From: Octopus sinensis
Lineage: Eukaryota
Assembly: GCF_006345805.1 (NCBI RefSeq)
Contig: NC_043006.1
Span: forward strand, 67,332,001 to 67,396,000
Reading direction: 5' to 3'
DNA length: 64,000 nucleotides
The notes beneath the pieces are model-generated. The model searched no databases and was not told the origin of the DNA. It saw only the letters and a list, made by a program, of their open reading frames with translations. A program made the position numbers and the translations under genes. Positions 28,530 to 41,135 of the stretch are shown here, piece by piece (the first letter of the stretch is position 1; each line of letters begins with the position of its first letter).

Positions 28530-28739
28530 CGTCGGTTACGACGACGGGAGTCCCAGATGATACGACCAACTGAACAGCTTGCTCGTGAAATTGACATGCA
28601 AGTGGCTGAGCACTCCTCAGACACGCCTACCCTTAACGTAGTTCTCAGGGAGATTCAGCGTGACACGCAGTATCACAAGACAGGTCCTTTTGAAATACAG
28701 ATACAAGTCATTTTTGCCAGCTCAGTGGACTGGAGCAAT
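28530..28739 (-). mobile_element. SINE body shared with 9290 and 56816, cut by the assembly gap
   Basis: Reverse complement reads GTGTCACGCTGAATCTCCCTGAGAACTACGTTAAGGG...TTTCACGAGCAAGCTG...CGTCGTAACCGAC. Confidence 0.85.
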
Positions 28740-28839
28740 NNNNNNNNNNNNNNNNNNNNNNNNNNNNNNNNNNNNNNNNNNNNNNNNNNNNNNNNNNNNN
28801 NNNNNNNNNNNNNNNNNNNNNNNNNNNNNNNNNNNNNNN
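28740..28839. other. Assembly gap (100 N)
   Basis: Run of exactly 100 N; unrelated elements on either side. Confidence 0.99.
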
Positions 28840-29478
28840 CCAAGAATGTGCGATCATATCGTATGCCTTACGATAGTCGATCCATGACATGGCTAAGTTA
28901 CTTTTCCTCCTCTTGCAGTCTCTAAGTGCAGTTTTATCTATCAGGATGTGATCCTTAGTTCCTCTGCAATTACGCTTGCAACCCTTCTGCTCAAATTTCA
29001 GGACTCAATTTTTTTCTAGATGTTCATACATTGACTCTGCGAGTATTCCAGTCAATAATTTCCACATAACTGGCAGACAGGATATCGGCCTGTCTACCGT
29101 ATTGCCTTTTTCGACGTTTTTCAGGCACAGCACTGTCCAACCCAATGTCAACCACTCTGGTATTACTTCCTCGGCATTTAACAAGGTGTTGAGTTGCGCA
29201 GCTATTCGTGCATGACATTCACCAAATCTTTTGATCCAGTATCATTGAACTCCATCTGGTCCCGGGGCCTTCCAGTTGCTCCTTTTTTTGCTGATTTCCA
29301 TCACTTCCCTAACTGAAATGACTAGTTCTGCCTGATTTGGACAGACTACTGTTTGTTTCAGTTCTTGCAACCATTCAGCATCCTTCTTGTGCTCCTTGTC
29401 TTTGCTCCAGATGTCACTCCAAAACCTTTGACTTTCATTGTTATCTGGTATCAACTTTTCATTTGTACACTCTCCACA
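28840..29478 (-). mobile_element. R4/Dong-like LINE, RT N-terminal fragment
   Basis: ESQRFWSDIWS...NWKAPGPDGVQ*YWIKRF...IPEWLTLG...[17 protein letters not shown]; stops and frameshifts. Confidence 0.88.
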
Positions 29479-29939
29479 GTACACTTTTCATCTGTACACT
29501 CTCCACTGTACACTCTCCACCACAGTGGTGGTGGTGGTGGTGGTGGTGGTGGTGGTGGTTGCGGCGGCGGCGGTGGTGGTGGTGGTGGTGGTGGTGGTGG
29601 TGGTAGCTTCGACGGCGGCGGCGGAAGCAGTGGTGTCTATGTGTTTGCGCATTTATGTATATGTGTGTATGCATATGATAGTAGATATCGGATGTTGGAC
29701 TCTTCTGTGTATTTGTGTGTTTTTAAAGATGTAATTCACACACACACACACACACACACACCACGGGCGTTTTTATGATTGTAAGTGTTCATGCTGTGTT
29801 GTGTGTCGTGTCTTTGCAGTGGATCTATGTCAGTGACCAAGGCGCAGAAGTGCGACGAATCTTTTACACTTTTCATTATTAACTATATTAACAAGAAATA
29901 TACACAACGTAGACATCATAGGCTTCATGTATTTTTACC

Positions 29940-30075
29940 TCAAACTTATAGAAAACAAAGACGAAACAGGTGTAGGGACAACAAAAAAGTGTATTAGTTT
30001 GGCGCTCGTGAAAAATGGAAAAGCCTTTTACGTTTCGATCCTACGCTCTTTGACAAAAAGGAATAATAGGAAAGG
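29940..30075 (-). mobile_element. Penelope-type terminal element, family H3, with decayed hammerhead (~30024-30060)
   Basis: Minus strand: CTTT TTGTCAA A GAGC GTAG GATC GAAAC GTA AAAG. Confidence 0.6.
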
Positions 30076-30711
30076 GAACTTTATGGCTTTCATTAGTCTA
30101 CGATTTTGTTCCTATTATTTTCAAATTTGGTATATGGATTAAGTTTTGTGTACTAATTATGAAGATGAAATTTATTTTTCCTATAAATCTATAATTAATC
30201 CAATAGGCGATGGCCTCTTGGAGCTAATCTACGGCAGCATTCTTTACGTTCCGAGTTCAAATTTCACCACGAATATCACCATCACCATAGTGTCTGAAGA
30301 TATGTTCACAGCTTAACTTTGAACTAAAGTATTTTCTAGAATTCTTTTTATCTGTTGGGGTACTTTTTTTAAAGCTAACTGAATGTGAAAAAACTTTATG
30401 TAGCCATCACCAAATTTTCTGTAGTTATAACAAACAGCTTTATATCTATTACACTTATCAATAACAACAACCCATAGTCTGAAGACTTTTACACATTTCT
30501 TCTTTAACCTGATACTTGCAGCTCATTTTTTTTCATTATTCTGCTTTTATATTTGTGTATGCCCATCTATATACGTAATACATTCATAAAAAATATACAT
30601 ATGTGCGTATGTGTGTATATATATGTATATATATATATATATTAATATATATATATATCTATATGTGTGTGTGTGTGTGTGTATTTGTGTATGTGTGTGG
30701 TGTGCGTGTGT

Positions 30712-30775
30712 GTAGTTGAAATTTACAGAAAAACAGAAGACGAAGACAGTTCTATAAACAAGCAGGTGTATTTTT
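30712..30775 (-). mobile_element. Family H3 distal fragment, no hammerhead part
   Basis: GAAATTTACAGAAAA..AGACGAAGACAG...AAACAAGCAGGTGTAT matches 14285-14345. Confidence 0.6.
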
Positions 30776-30799
30776 TTATATATGTATTTATATTTATAT

Positions 30800-30848
<49 letters not shown>

Positions 30849-31007
30849 TATATATATGTATTAATGTATGTATGTATGTATATGATATGTATGTATGTAT
30901 GTATGTAGTAGGTATGTATGTATGTATGTATGTGTGTATGTATAATTGTCATAATTCAATTCTATTTCAAGATTTCCTGCCGATAGAGAAAGAGACGGTT
31001 TCTAACC

Positions 31008-31160
31008 AGTGCTTACTTTTTTTAAGCCTGGGACTTATTCGATCGGTATCTTTTGCCGAACCGATAAGTAACGGGGACGTAAACACACTGACACCGGTTG
31101 TCAAGCGGTGGTGGGGCAACCTCAAACAACATAGACATGCAAACACACACACACAAGTAT
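31008..31160 (-). mobile_element. SINE family A, 3' part
   Basis: GACTTATTCGATCGGTATCTTTTGCCGAACCG...GGTTGTCAAGCG. Confidence 0.8.
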
Positions 31161-31349
31161 ACATAGATGGACATATAGACGGACAGACGGACTGACAGAC
31201 AGGCAGACAAGCAGACAGATAAATAGACAGACACAGACAGACGGGCGGACGGATGGACAAACGGACGGACAGACGGACGGACAGACGGACGGACAGTCGG
31301 ATAAACAGCCAGAAAGACAAATAAACAGACAGTCAGACAGACAGACAGA

Positions 31350-32455
31350 TATCTTCCTTTATTAGCCATGCAGGGCCGAATACAGAGGGGACAATACAAT
31401 GCAGAACTTTCCTTAAAAAAGAAGAAGAAAGAAAGAAAGAAAGAAAGAATGAAAGAAAGAAACAAAAAGAAAGAATAGAAAGAAAGAAAGAAAGAAGGAA
31501 AGAAAGAAGGAAAAAGAAAGAAAGAAAAGGAAAAAAGAAAGAAAGAAAACAGAAATAAAGAAGGAAAAAAGGCAAGAAGGAAAGAAAGAACGATCAAAAG
31601 GGATCGAAAGCATTTTGGACGTGTAAACAGCAAAGTAAGGCGGAATAAAATGTAGAACAAATTAGGTTTATCCGTGGAAAGAAAAGCCTACGGAAAAGAC
31701 CACGGTAACCTCAGACGGGAAAAATAACACATGGAAGCAAAGCGCTCTCTCACTCTCTCCCTCTCTCTCTCTCTCTTCTCCCTTTCTCTTTCTCTCTCTC
31801 TCACACTTTTGGATTTACAGGATCATGCTTCAACTGGTTTCGTCGTTCACGAGTGCCATCTTTGCTACATTCACCCACCTTTTATTGAAACTTTCACCAG
31901 ACAAAACTTGCCTCTCTATTCTCACCTTCTCTTTCAAGTGGTACTTGAAAATGTTGATGAGTGATTGGTCAGAGAGGAAAGTGTTTGTCTCTAAACCTTT
32001 CGCACGAGACCACCACAAACATTATTTCATCATAGTCACCAGTTCGATGAAAACTGTCTTGCCTTCCCGGTTAAAAGAAGGTGGCAGGGCAATATTCACG
32101 ATAGACTCAGCCGACAACCGAATTCGTCCCACACGTCACAGCAGCCGTTTCGCATAAGCCTACAGGTCCGAAACAGTTGGACACTGCACGAGTGCGTGCA
32201 GAACGGTTTTGTCGTTCTGACCGCATCTAAGGCAAGTCGGTCTGAGGTATCTCGAACCGTGCCTGTAGAGCTTATCCCGAACGGGCAATACTTCCCGATA
32301 GCACTGCGAGGCCAGGGATCTAGGACCCGGCCCGAAAGTTGACCTGAAGAGGCGGGTAACGTGTTCCCCGTCAAAGCCCAGATTCTTCCCAAGAACATCG
32401 TTGTACCTACCCTCCACTAATCCTCTATAGAACTCCTTCGTAGAATTGAAGTCGC
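31350..32455 (-). mobile_element. 5'-truncated Tx1/L1-clade LINE (zf-RVT C-terminus and 3' UTR)
   Basis: DFNSTKEFYRG...CYREVLPVRDKLYRHG...TCLRCGQNDKTVLHALVQC (CCHC); homologous to 45231-46230; GACA/GATA arrays on both sides. Confidence 0.9.
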
Positions 32456-32456
32456 A

Positions 32457-32457
32457 C

Positions 32458-32527
<70 letters not shown>

Positions 32528-32545
32528 TAGATAGATAGATAGATA
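32457..32545. repeat. (GATA)n abutting the 5' truncation of the Tx1-like copy
   Basis: Direct reading. Confidence 0.95.
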
Positions 32546-32756
32546 TTACTAGAGGCAGATGTTGTCTTGGCATGCGGATCGCGGTGAGTACATTATGCTG
32601 ATGACGCTCACCTGAACAGAAAGGTTGGCACTACTAGAGGGAATTCTGTTCTCCAATATATATATTTTTTTTAAACAGCAAGTAATAAATAGCTCTGGGC
32701 CATAGCCGCTGTAATTTTGCCTTTTTCTGATGTATTTACATTAAATACGATACACA

Positions 32757-32798
<42 letters not shown>

Positions 32799-32867
32799 TA
32801 TAGACATATGTACATATATATATATATGTGTGTGTATATATATATATATAATGATATATACATACAT

Positions 32868-33239
32868 AGGCGCAGGAGTGGCTGTGTGGTAAGTAGCTTG
32901 CTTACCAACCACATGGTTCCGGGTTCAGTCCCACTGCGTGGCACCTTGGGCAAGTGCCGACCAAGGCCTTGCGGTAGACGGAAACTGAAAGAAGCCCGTC
33001 GTATATATGTATATATATATGTACGTGTGTGTTTGTGTGTCTGTGTTTGTCACCCTAGTATTGCTTGACAAGCGATGCTGGTGTGTTTACGTCTCCATAA
33101 CTTAGCGGTTCGGCAAAAGAGACCGATAGAATAAGTACTGGGCTTACAAAGAATAAGTCCCGGGTCGAGTTGCTCGATTAAAGGTGGTGCTCCAGCATGG
33201 CCGCAGTCAAATGACTGAAACAAGTAAAAGAGTAAAGAG

Positions 33240-33242
<3 letters not shown>
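32868..33242 (+). mobile_element. SINE family A, near full length
   Basis: Head GGAGTGGCTGTGTGGTAAG through tail AAACAAGTAAAAGAGTAAAGAG; small internal deletion. Confidence 0.9.
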
Positions 33243-33281
<39 letters not shown>

Positions 33282-33433
33282 ATATATATATATATATTAT
33301 ATATATGTATGTATATATCATAATAGTTTTAACGATTACTAAGTAATTATTTTACTTTTTGCCTATATAAATGGTTATACATTTAAAGTTACACACACGT
33401 GCATACATGTATACAAATACATATTTGTATCAA

Positions 33434-33574
<141 letters not shown>

Positions 33575-33860
33575 TTGTGTTCCTATAAATATATGCATAT
33601 ATATACATGTGTATATATAACGTCATTAAGTGGCCTAGTTTAGATGTAAATAATTTCATTTTTTTATCTCTAAGGTGTTGTTAATAATTGCAAAACTTAT
33701 AATCTTATTAATAATATCTCATCTCAGAATTTTAAACATTTAATGCATATAACTAATTTTCTTTCAATATTCCCGTAAGATTTTTTTTTAATATTTCCAA
33801 AATTACTGATCATATTTTTACAGCGCCGCTTACATCGTGCAAAAATATTTCGTTCTCACA

Positions 33861-34010
33861 TTCTTTTCTACTCTAGACACAAGGCCCGAAATTTCTTTGG
33901 TGGGGAGGGGCGGTCGATTAGATCGATCCAGTACGCAAATGGTACTTAATTTATCGATCCCGAAAGGATGAAAGGCAAAGTCGACCATGGCAGAATTTGA
34001 ACTCAGAATC
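33861..34010 (-). mobile_element. SINE family B, 5'-truncated
   Basis: TTCTACTCTAGACACAAGGCCCGAAAT...GGATGAAAGGCAAAGTCGAC...TTTGAACTCAGAA. Confidence 0.85.
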
Positions 34011-34181
34011 AAATCGCACTTGAAAGAAATAAGATTTTAACAAGACAATTAAATCCAAGAAGATGCGACGAGGTAGCTGCTCGCTTTCCCCCAAAAAGGA
34101 GCTCTAGCAATGTTTCTATCACTGAAAACGACGCTGGATACAGTGTGAGGCTACAGAAGGGGACTACTCTGAAGGAGATTA

Positions 34182-34991
34182 CCGTGTATACTCGAGCAAC
34201 AGTTGATCTTATGTGAAAGTCGACACCCTATTTTTGGCCAAGAAACTGGGAATTTTCCATAGATCCCATATAACAAGTCGACCCTAGTATTTCACGAACA
34301 ACAGGACAACCTTTGTGGGTCAAGGCACCGTATTATCCTGCACATAGAAATAACACTTACAAAACTGTATAGCTACCTTACTGTATCCTGCTGTGTTGAT
34401 GGAATGCTTTGTGCTTATAATGGAATCCTCGGTGCTTATAATAAAACGCCATTTTATAGCGAGTTTTACACATGTGTTGATGGGTGCCACATCACCATGA
34501 ATAAAATATATGCACAGGATATGCTGCAAGCATATTTCTATTTCAGTTCTGACATCTCGATTTTTCTTGCACTGGTTAACTTTTTAAGAGCGAATAGAAA
34601 CCTCTTTCCATGCAACTTGACCGCCAAGTGCCAATCCTAAAAACCTTGTTGTCCTCGAGAGAGCGGTTTTCTGATCATATGCGGCCTCAAATCAATCCCA
34701 AGGTCTCCAACAAATCTCTCAAACCTGGTTGTTAACGATCCCAGTGTTCCTACAACTACCCAGATGACAGTTCCTTTATTGCCCACATTCATGCACTTTC
34801 ATCTTTTAACGGCTTGTATCATCATAATCTTCATCATCGTCATTAGTTAGGCTTCTACTGCTGATACGGTATTTCGGATTCTAGCTTGAATTTCAGCCCC
34901 CCAAAAAGTAGTGTCCATATAATACTCGATCCCATAAATTTGACCTTTAAAAAATGGTCTAAAAAATTCGACTTTACACTAGTACATAATG
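34182..34991. mobile_element. Tc2/pogo-like non-autonomous DNA element, decayed
   Basis: TA-CCGTGTATACTCGAG left end; degenerate right end AAAATTCGACTTTACACTAGTACATA. Confidence 0.5.
34600..34800 (-). mobile_element. R4/Dong-like REL C-terminal fragment nested in the Tc2-like element
   Basis: MWAIK / TVIWVVVGTLGSLTTRFERFVGDLGIDLR / KTAL / GTTRFLGL across frameshifts. Confidence 0.7.
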
Positions 34992-35595
34992 CCGAATTGA
35001 TGTGTTTTAGTTTTCTTATTCTAGCACCAGTCCCAATCAATACTTTATGATCAGACTTTGTATCTTGATCATAGACATAATACAATGAGCGACATTAAAC
35101 AGTGGCACCTACTTGCACTTAGGTAAACTGAGCTAATAACTGTTTAGTATCTTTCGTATAGACACAGTACAATGAAATTATACAATAATTTGATACTAAG
35201 GATAGTTAGGTTGAAAACGCTACACATGGTTAAGTGTGTGCCTTGGCCATGGGAACAAGACAGTGAATTATATTAGATGGTGGTATCTACTTACAGCTTG
35301 GTCGACTGAAGCCTGGACAATTATGCTTTGTAACGGACATATTAACTATATTACATTTGATACCTACTTTCAACTATAAAAATTAAACTGTATCTCATAA
35401 ATATATCACAGTAACTGTGACAAGATGTCAGTCTTTGACACTTTGATTGATAGCGGTCATCTGATACACTGCCCCGCAATACAGAGATACATGCATACAT
35501 ACATACATACGTACATACATACATACATACATACATACATACATACATACATACTACATACATACATACATACATACATACATGTATATATATGT

Positions 35596-35827
35596 AAGGC
35601 GGCGAGCTGGCAGACACGTTAGCGCGCCGGGCGAAATGCTTACTGGTATTTCGTCTGTCGTTACGTTCTGAGTTCAAATTCCACCGAGATCGACTTTGCC
35701 TTTCATCCTTTCGGGGTCGATAAATAAAGTACCAGTTTCGCCTTGGGGTTGATGTAATCGACTTAATCCCTTTGTCAGTCCTTGTTTGTCCCCTCTGTCT
35801 TTAGCCCCTTGTGGGCAATAAAGAAAT
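35596..35827 (+). mobile_element. SINE family B head and body with an alternative tail
   Basis: AAGGCGGCGAGCTGGCAGACACGTTAGC...; tail CCCTTTGTCAGTCCTTGTTTGTCCCCTCTG..GGGCAATAAAGAAATA differs from other B copies. Confidence 0.88.
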
Positions 35828-35834
35828 ATATATG

Positions 35835-35887
<53 letters not shown>

Positions 35888-35892
<5 letters not shown>

Positions 35893-36095
35893 ACCGCCCC
35901 CCCCCCCCACAAAAAAAGAATAAACACAAGAAAAAACAACAATGCGAGGACGTAGTACATGCAAAGTATTCGCAGACGCTCATGGAAGAAAAGAAAGGTA
36001 GCTTTACGTTTCGAGCAAAGTTCTTCGTCAGAAACAGGAGACGGAGGAAAGACTAAGAGAAAAGGAAGACGGAGGAGCAAAATCACCATGAATAT
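35888..36095 (-). mobile_element. Penelope-type terminal element, family H1, with hammerhead
   Basis: Homologous to 6745-6940; ends GGTTAACT(AT)n. Confidence 0.7.
36001..36035 (-). ncRNA. Minimal type I hammerhead ribozyme motif, intact core
   Basis: GTTT CTGACGA A GAAC TTT GCTC GAAAC GTA AAGC; one stem II mismatch. Confidence 0.75.
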
Positions 36096-36097
36096 AT

Positions 36098-36133
<36 letters not shown>

Positions 36134-36493
36134 ATATATGCGTGTATGTACGTGTGTATATATCTGTGTATATATTGTACGTCTGAATATCTGTTTAAGA
36201 AACCTGAGAAAGAGTTAGCAGAGTGAAAACGTATTTACTCAGAAGGTGGCGCTTTGAAACTAGTAAGACAAGTGACTAGTGCAAGTGCCAATCATGTGGG
36301 GGCAGGGGTGCGTGCGTGCGTGTGTGTGTGAGGGTGTGTGTGTGCACGCGCATGTGTGTGTGCGTGTGCGTGTGTGTGTTTGTGTTTATGTGTGTGTGAG
36401 TACCTGTGTGTGTGTGTGTGCATATGTGTGGGTGTACGTGTGTGTGCGCGTGTGTATGTCTGTGTGCGTGTGTGTGTGTGTGAGTATGTGTGT

Positions 36494-36695
36494 AAGGTGG
36501 CAAGCTGGCAGAATCGCTATCATGTGGGACAAAATAGGCTTAGCGGTGTTTCTTCTGGCACTTTACGTTCTGAGTTCAAATCCCACAGAGGTCAACTTTT
36601 CCAATAATTCTATGGGGGTGGGGCATAAAAGGAAGGTACCAATTCAGTACTGTAATCGCTTCGTGCCCACCTCTCAAAATTTCTGGCCTCGAAAC
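36494..36695 (+). mobile_element. SINE family B
   Basis: AAGGTGGCAAGCTGGCAGAATCG...TTACGTTCTGAGTTCAAATCC. Confidence 0.75.
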
Positions 36696-37373
36696 GTGCA
36701 TCTGGTCGCCGTCCCTTTCAAAGGGAAAATGTGATTTCCATTACTTCTTCTCACCTGGGAAACCAGGTAAACGGCCTTTATGACTCCTGGGCTAGAGAGA
36801 GAGATGGATGGAGAGAAGGAAGGAGAGGGAGAGAGGGAGGAAAGAAGGAAGGAAGAAAGGAAGGGAGGACGAAAGTTAGGAAGGAAAAAAGAAGGAAGAA
36901 AGGAAGGAAGAAAGAAAGGAAGGAAGGAGAAGGAGGGAGAGAGGGACGGATGGACGGACGGACGGACGGACGGACAGACGGACGGATGGAGAAGACAAGA
37001 GCAGAGGGAGGGAGAGAGAGAACACAGGAAGACAAGAGAAGGAGGGAGAGAGAGGGGGACGGACGGACGGAGAAGATGAGGGCGGAAGGAGAGAGAGAAA
37101 AGGAAAGAAGGCGAAAGACAGAAGAACGGAGGGAGAGGGCATAATCAGAGGAAAAAAGAAGGTTAGCACTTACGATCACCTTCATGCGCCCCCCCCCCCC
37201 GCACTGGCGAAAAAGAGAGAGTAATCCTTGCTCTGAATGTTTACGACATAATGGTCTCCTTCCACGGGTATCCATGGACCAGGTAGAGGTGTCAAATTGA
37301 GCACAGAACTGATTAGGAATAACCACCAAAAACAGAAACAGTGTCTCCGTTTACATGGATTTGAGTCGAGTCG

Positions 37374-37870
37374 AAGCTATGTTAAAAAAATGTAAAACGA
37401 AAACATTTGCCCAAGCTCACTTAAGAAAAAGCAAAACGGAAACATTTGCCCAAGCTATGTTAAGAAAAATTTTCCCAAGCTGTGTTAAGAAAAAGAAAAA
37501 CGGGAAGGTTTGCCCAAGCTATGTTAAAAAATGAAAAACGGGAACACTTGCCCAAGCTATGTCAAAAAAAGAAAGACTGGAATATTTACCCAAGCTGTGT
37601 TAAGAAAAAGAAAAAACGAAAATATTTGCCGAAGCTATGTTAAGAAAAGGAAACACGGGAACATTTGCCCAAGCTATGTTACAAAAAGGAAAAACGAGAA
37701 CATTTGCCCAAGCTGTGTTAAGAAAAAGAAAAACGAGAACATTTGCGAAAACTATGTTCAGAAAGGGAAAAATGGGAACATTTGCCCTAACTGTCTTAAG
37801 AAAAAGAAAAACGGGAACAGTTGCCCAAGTTGTGTTATAAAATGAAAAACGGGAACATTTGACCAAGCTA
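37374..37870. repeat. 39-bp minisatellite, 13 units, inside a family-A-like SINE (~37340-37930, minus)
   Basis: Unit AAGCT(A/G)TGTTAAGAAAAAGAAAAACGGGAACATTTGCCC; unit lengths 39,39,25,39,38,38,40,39,39,39,39,39,38 by eye. Confidence 0.92.
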
Positions 37871-38213
37871 CTCTGTGATAGGATTGATCACGGAACCATG
37901 ATTTAACAAAACAACACAACCAGTCCTTCGTTTCGTTGACTACAACGTATTTGGGTTATGAATTCTAAGGTATATAAAAGTAGGAGCTTAGACGGGCAGG
38001 GTTCGAACTCAAGAGGAAATAGATTAGTCCAAAATATTGCGCGATGTGTTATTCTGTTGTTCCAACTCCTTTACTTCCATCACCACCGCTACATCCTTCA
38101 TTACAATGATGACAATAACAACAACTACAGCAACAAAAACAACTCGTTATTTCTATTGTTTAATAGAATATAACAAAGTATATTTCATTAAATATTTCCC
38201 GTACACCCTTCCA

Positions 38214-38272
<59 letters not shown>

Positions 38273-39522
38273 ATACACATACATGCAGAGAGACAGACAC
38301 ATATACACGCATATTCAAACACAGGCATACGCACATATAGACACACACACATACACATAGACAAACACAAATACACACAGAGACACGTACAGACACACAG
38401 ACACACCTATACACACTTTATTTGTTGCATACTGCCCACGAATACACACACACATACACACACACACACACTCATGCACGTCCGTACACGCTAACTCTAT
38501 CTCACCTGCATACACACACTTACACATTCACGCACACAAATTCTCCGTAGCACGCTGCACACACAGTTACGCACACACACATGCATATACAGACATACAC
38601 ACATGCACATGCATACACATATATACTATCTGACACACACACACTTTATTTCTTTGTTGCATAATGCACACACACACAAACACACACACACATACACACA
38701 CGTAGCACGCACATGCACACAATCATACATATCCATACACACACACACACACAGACTTTTCTGTTGTTTATAAATAAACATTCACACACACCCCCATATG
38801 ACCTCCCTGCATACAGCACCACTCCTATACACGCTATTTAGCATTACTTCATACTTCTCTAGACCCAGCGTAACACACATATGTGAGCTCCGACTACTCA
38901 TCACACACCGGGCAACAGGCAAGCGCAATGTGACGTTAAATAAACGTTTAACTTGATAATTAGGAATAAGCAACAAGCGACAACAACAATACCAACAACA
39001 ACAATAGCTGCAGCAGCAACAACAGCAACAAGCGCAGCAGCAGCGAAAACAAAAAACAAAAACAAAAATACTGTGACAGAAAATATTTGGCTAAATGAAA
39101 CAAGTGTTGCAAAACACGCAACAACTGCGACCACGACCACCGCCAACCACTAACACCCCCCACCCCCCCGTGTCCGCCACTACGACGACAGCAACAACAG
39201 CAACATCAACCACAACAGGGACGACGACTATACTGACAACAACAACACTAGCAGCAACAACAAAGACGTCCTTCTGTAAATTAGATGACAACAAAACAAT
39301 CATTTTACACAAGACACTGCTTCAGGGTTGGTACTTTTATGAACACAAAAAACGAATGACGTCCCAAATGTTTGTCTTTTAAAATGTACACATCCTACTC
39401 CTCTTTCTCTCATTCTCACTCTCTCTCCTTCTTTCTCTTCTTTCTATATCTGTTCTCCTTCATTATCTTTCTCCTGCATATATATATATATTATATGATA
39501 TTATTTATATATATCTATATAT

Positions 39523-39568
<46 letters not shown>

Positions 39569-40344
39569 GTATAATGTAAAGTTCCACATTTCGTCCCCAT
39601 CTTATATTTCTCTATTGTTTCACCTTTCTTTCGTCCTTCTCTTTGTCTTCATGTTTTGCATCTTATATCTCTTCTCCTACTCTCCCTTGCACATTCTCAG
39701 CGCCTCTCTCTTTCTCTCTGTGTGAAAAGCCGAGACAGACTCTCTGTGTGTATGTGTGTGTGTCTTTTGTCTTTACGCCCCTTGTCTTTTTAATTTCATC
39801 TTTGTGTCTCTTCTTCTCTCTCCCTCTCCTTTCTCACTTTCAGTCTCATTCTTACAGTCTCTCTCACACAGTCTCTCTCCCTCCTCCCTCTTTCTCTCTC
39901 GCCCCCTCTCTGATACACACTTTTCCTCTATGTTCTCTCTAAAATATCCACATCCATATCACATCTCTCTCTTTCTCTCTTATCCTTCTTGTCTATAATC
40001 TATGACTCTCTCACGACGCCACCCTTTTTCCTCTACTTTCACTTTCGTTTTTACTCTATCATTCATTCTCCGACTTCTTAGTGGTCTTTTTCTTTGCTGT
40101 TTTCTGTTGCCTTTCAACTCCTTAACTTCCTATTGTTACTACCTTCATCGACTATCATTTCTGTATTCCTTCTTTTTATTTCTCCTCTATCCCTTCTCCC
40201 CCTTCTCTTCCTTCTTCTTCATCTTTCTTTTCTTCTTCTTCCTCTTCTTCTTCTTCTTCTTCATCCCCATCTCTTCTGCTACCACTACTTCTATTACTCC
40301 CAAAGAAACTATTCGCATCATTTAATCTTTTAGCGATTTAGTGC

Positions 40345-40354
40345 CATCATCATC

Positions 40355-40389
<35 letters not shown>

Positions 40390-40570
40390 TCATCATCATC
40401 AACTTCATCATCTTCATCTTCATCATCATTACTATCATCCTCATTATCCTCGCCATTATCCTTCCTATCAGCAACGGCGTCATCATCACTGTCATTGTCA
40501 TCATCAGATTCACCATTATCATCATCATCATCATCGTAACGTCATCATCACCGTCGGCGTCGTCATCGTA
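40345..40570. repeat. (CAT)n degenerate microsatellite
   Basis: Direct reading. Confidence 0.9.
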
Positions 40571-40774
40571 GTCAACATCGTTATAAGGTCTCCAGCGCAT
40601 GTTCTTGCAACCACCATCAGAGCCCCAAAATCCTTATCAGTACTACAAGAGAAACACCTCCAAATGTTCGCAACACACACATACACACACACTATATATA
40701 TATATATATATAAATATATATATATATATGTACGTATATATATGTGTAAGTATATGTATATATATACGTACATA

Positions 40775-40818
<44 letters not shown>

Positions 40819-40851
40819 CAAAGTATAGGTGGCATACGAGTGGGTATATAT

Positions 40852-41034
40852 TTATAAAAAAGAAGTTTGAAAACAACACTATATAAGATAAATTTTAATT
40901 TTCTTAGAGAATTTTACATGTTCGGTTCTTCTTTATTACACTAACTTTTTTCAAGAAGAACCGAACATGTAAAATCTCTCAGAAAAATTAAAATTTATCT
41001 TGTATAGTGGCGTTTTCAAACTTCTTTTTTATAA
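40852..41034. mobile_element. Foldback/MITE-like long hairpin (~82-bp arms, 19-nt loop)
   Basis: 40852-40933 is the near-exact reverse complement of 40953-41034. Confidence 0.8.
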
Positions 41035-41062
41035 CTATATATATGTATGTATGTATGTATAC

Positions 41063-41129
<67 letters not shown>

Positions 41130-41135
<6 letters not shown>

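Noticed and set aside
28458-28925. ORFs spanning the N gap
   Set aside because: They join an unrelated SINE and an R4 fragment across an unsized gap.
37374-37870. CRISPR-like array
   Set aside because: Head-to-tail units with no unique spacers, eukaryotic context and no cas genes.
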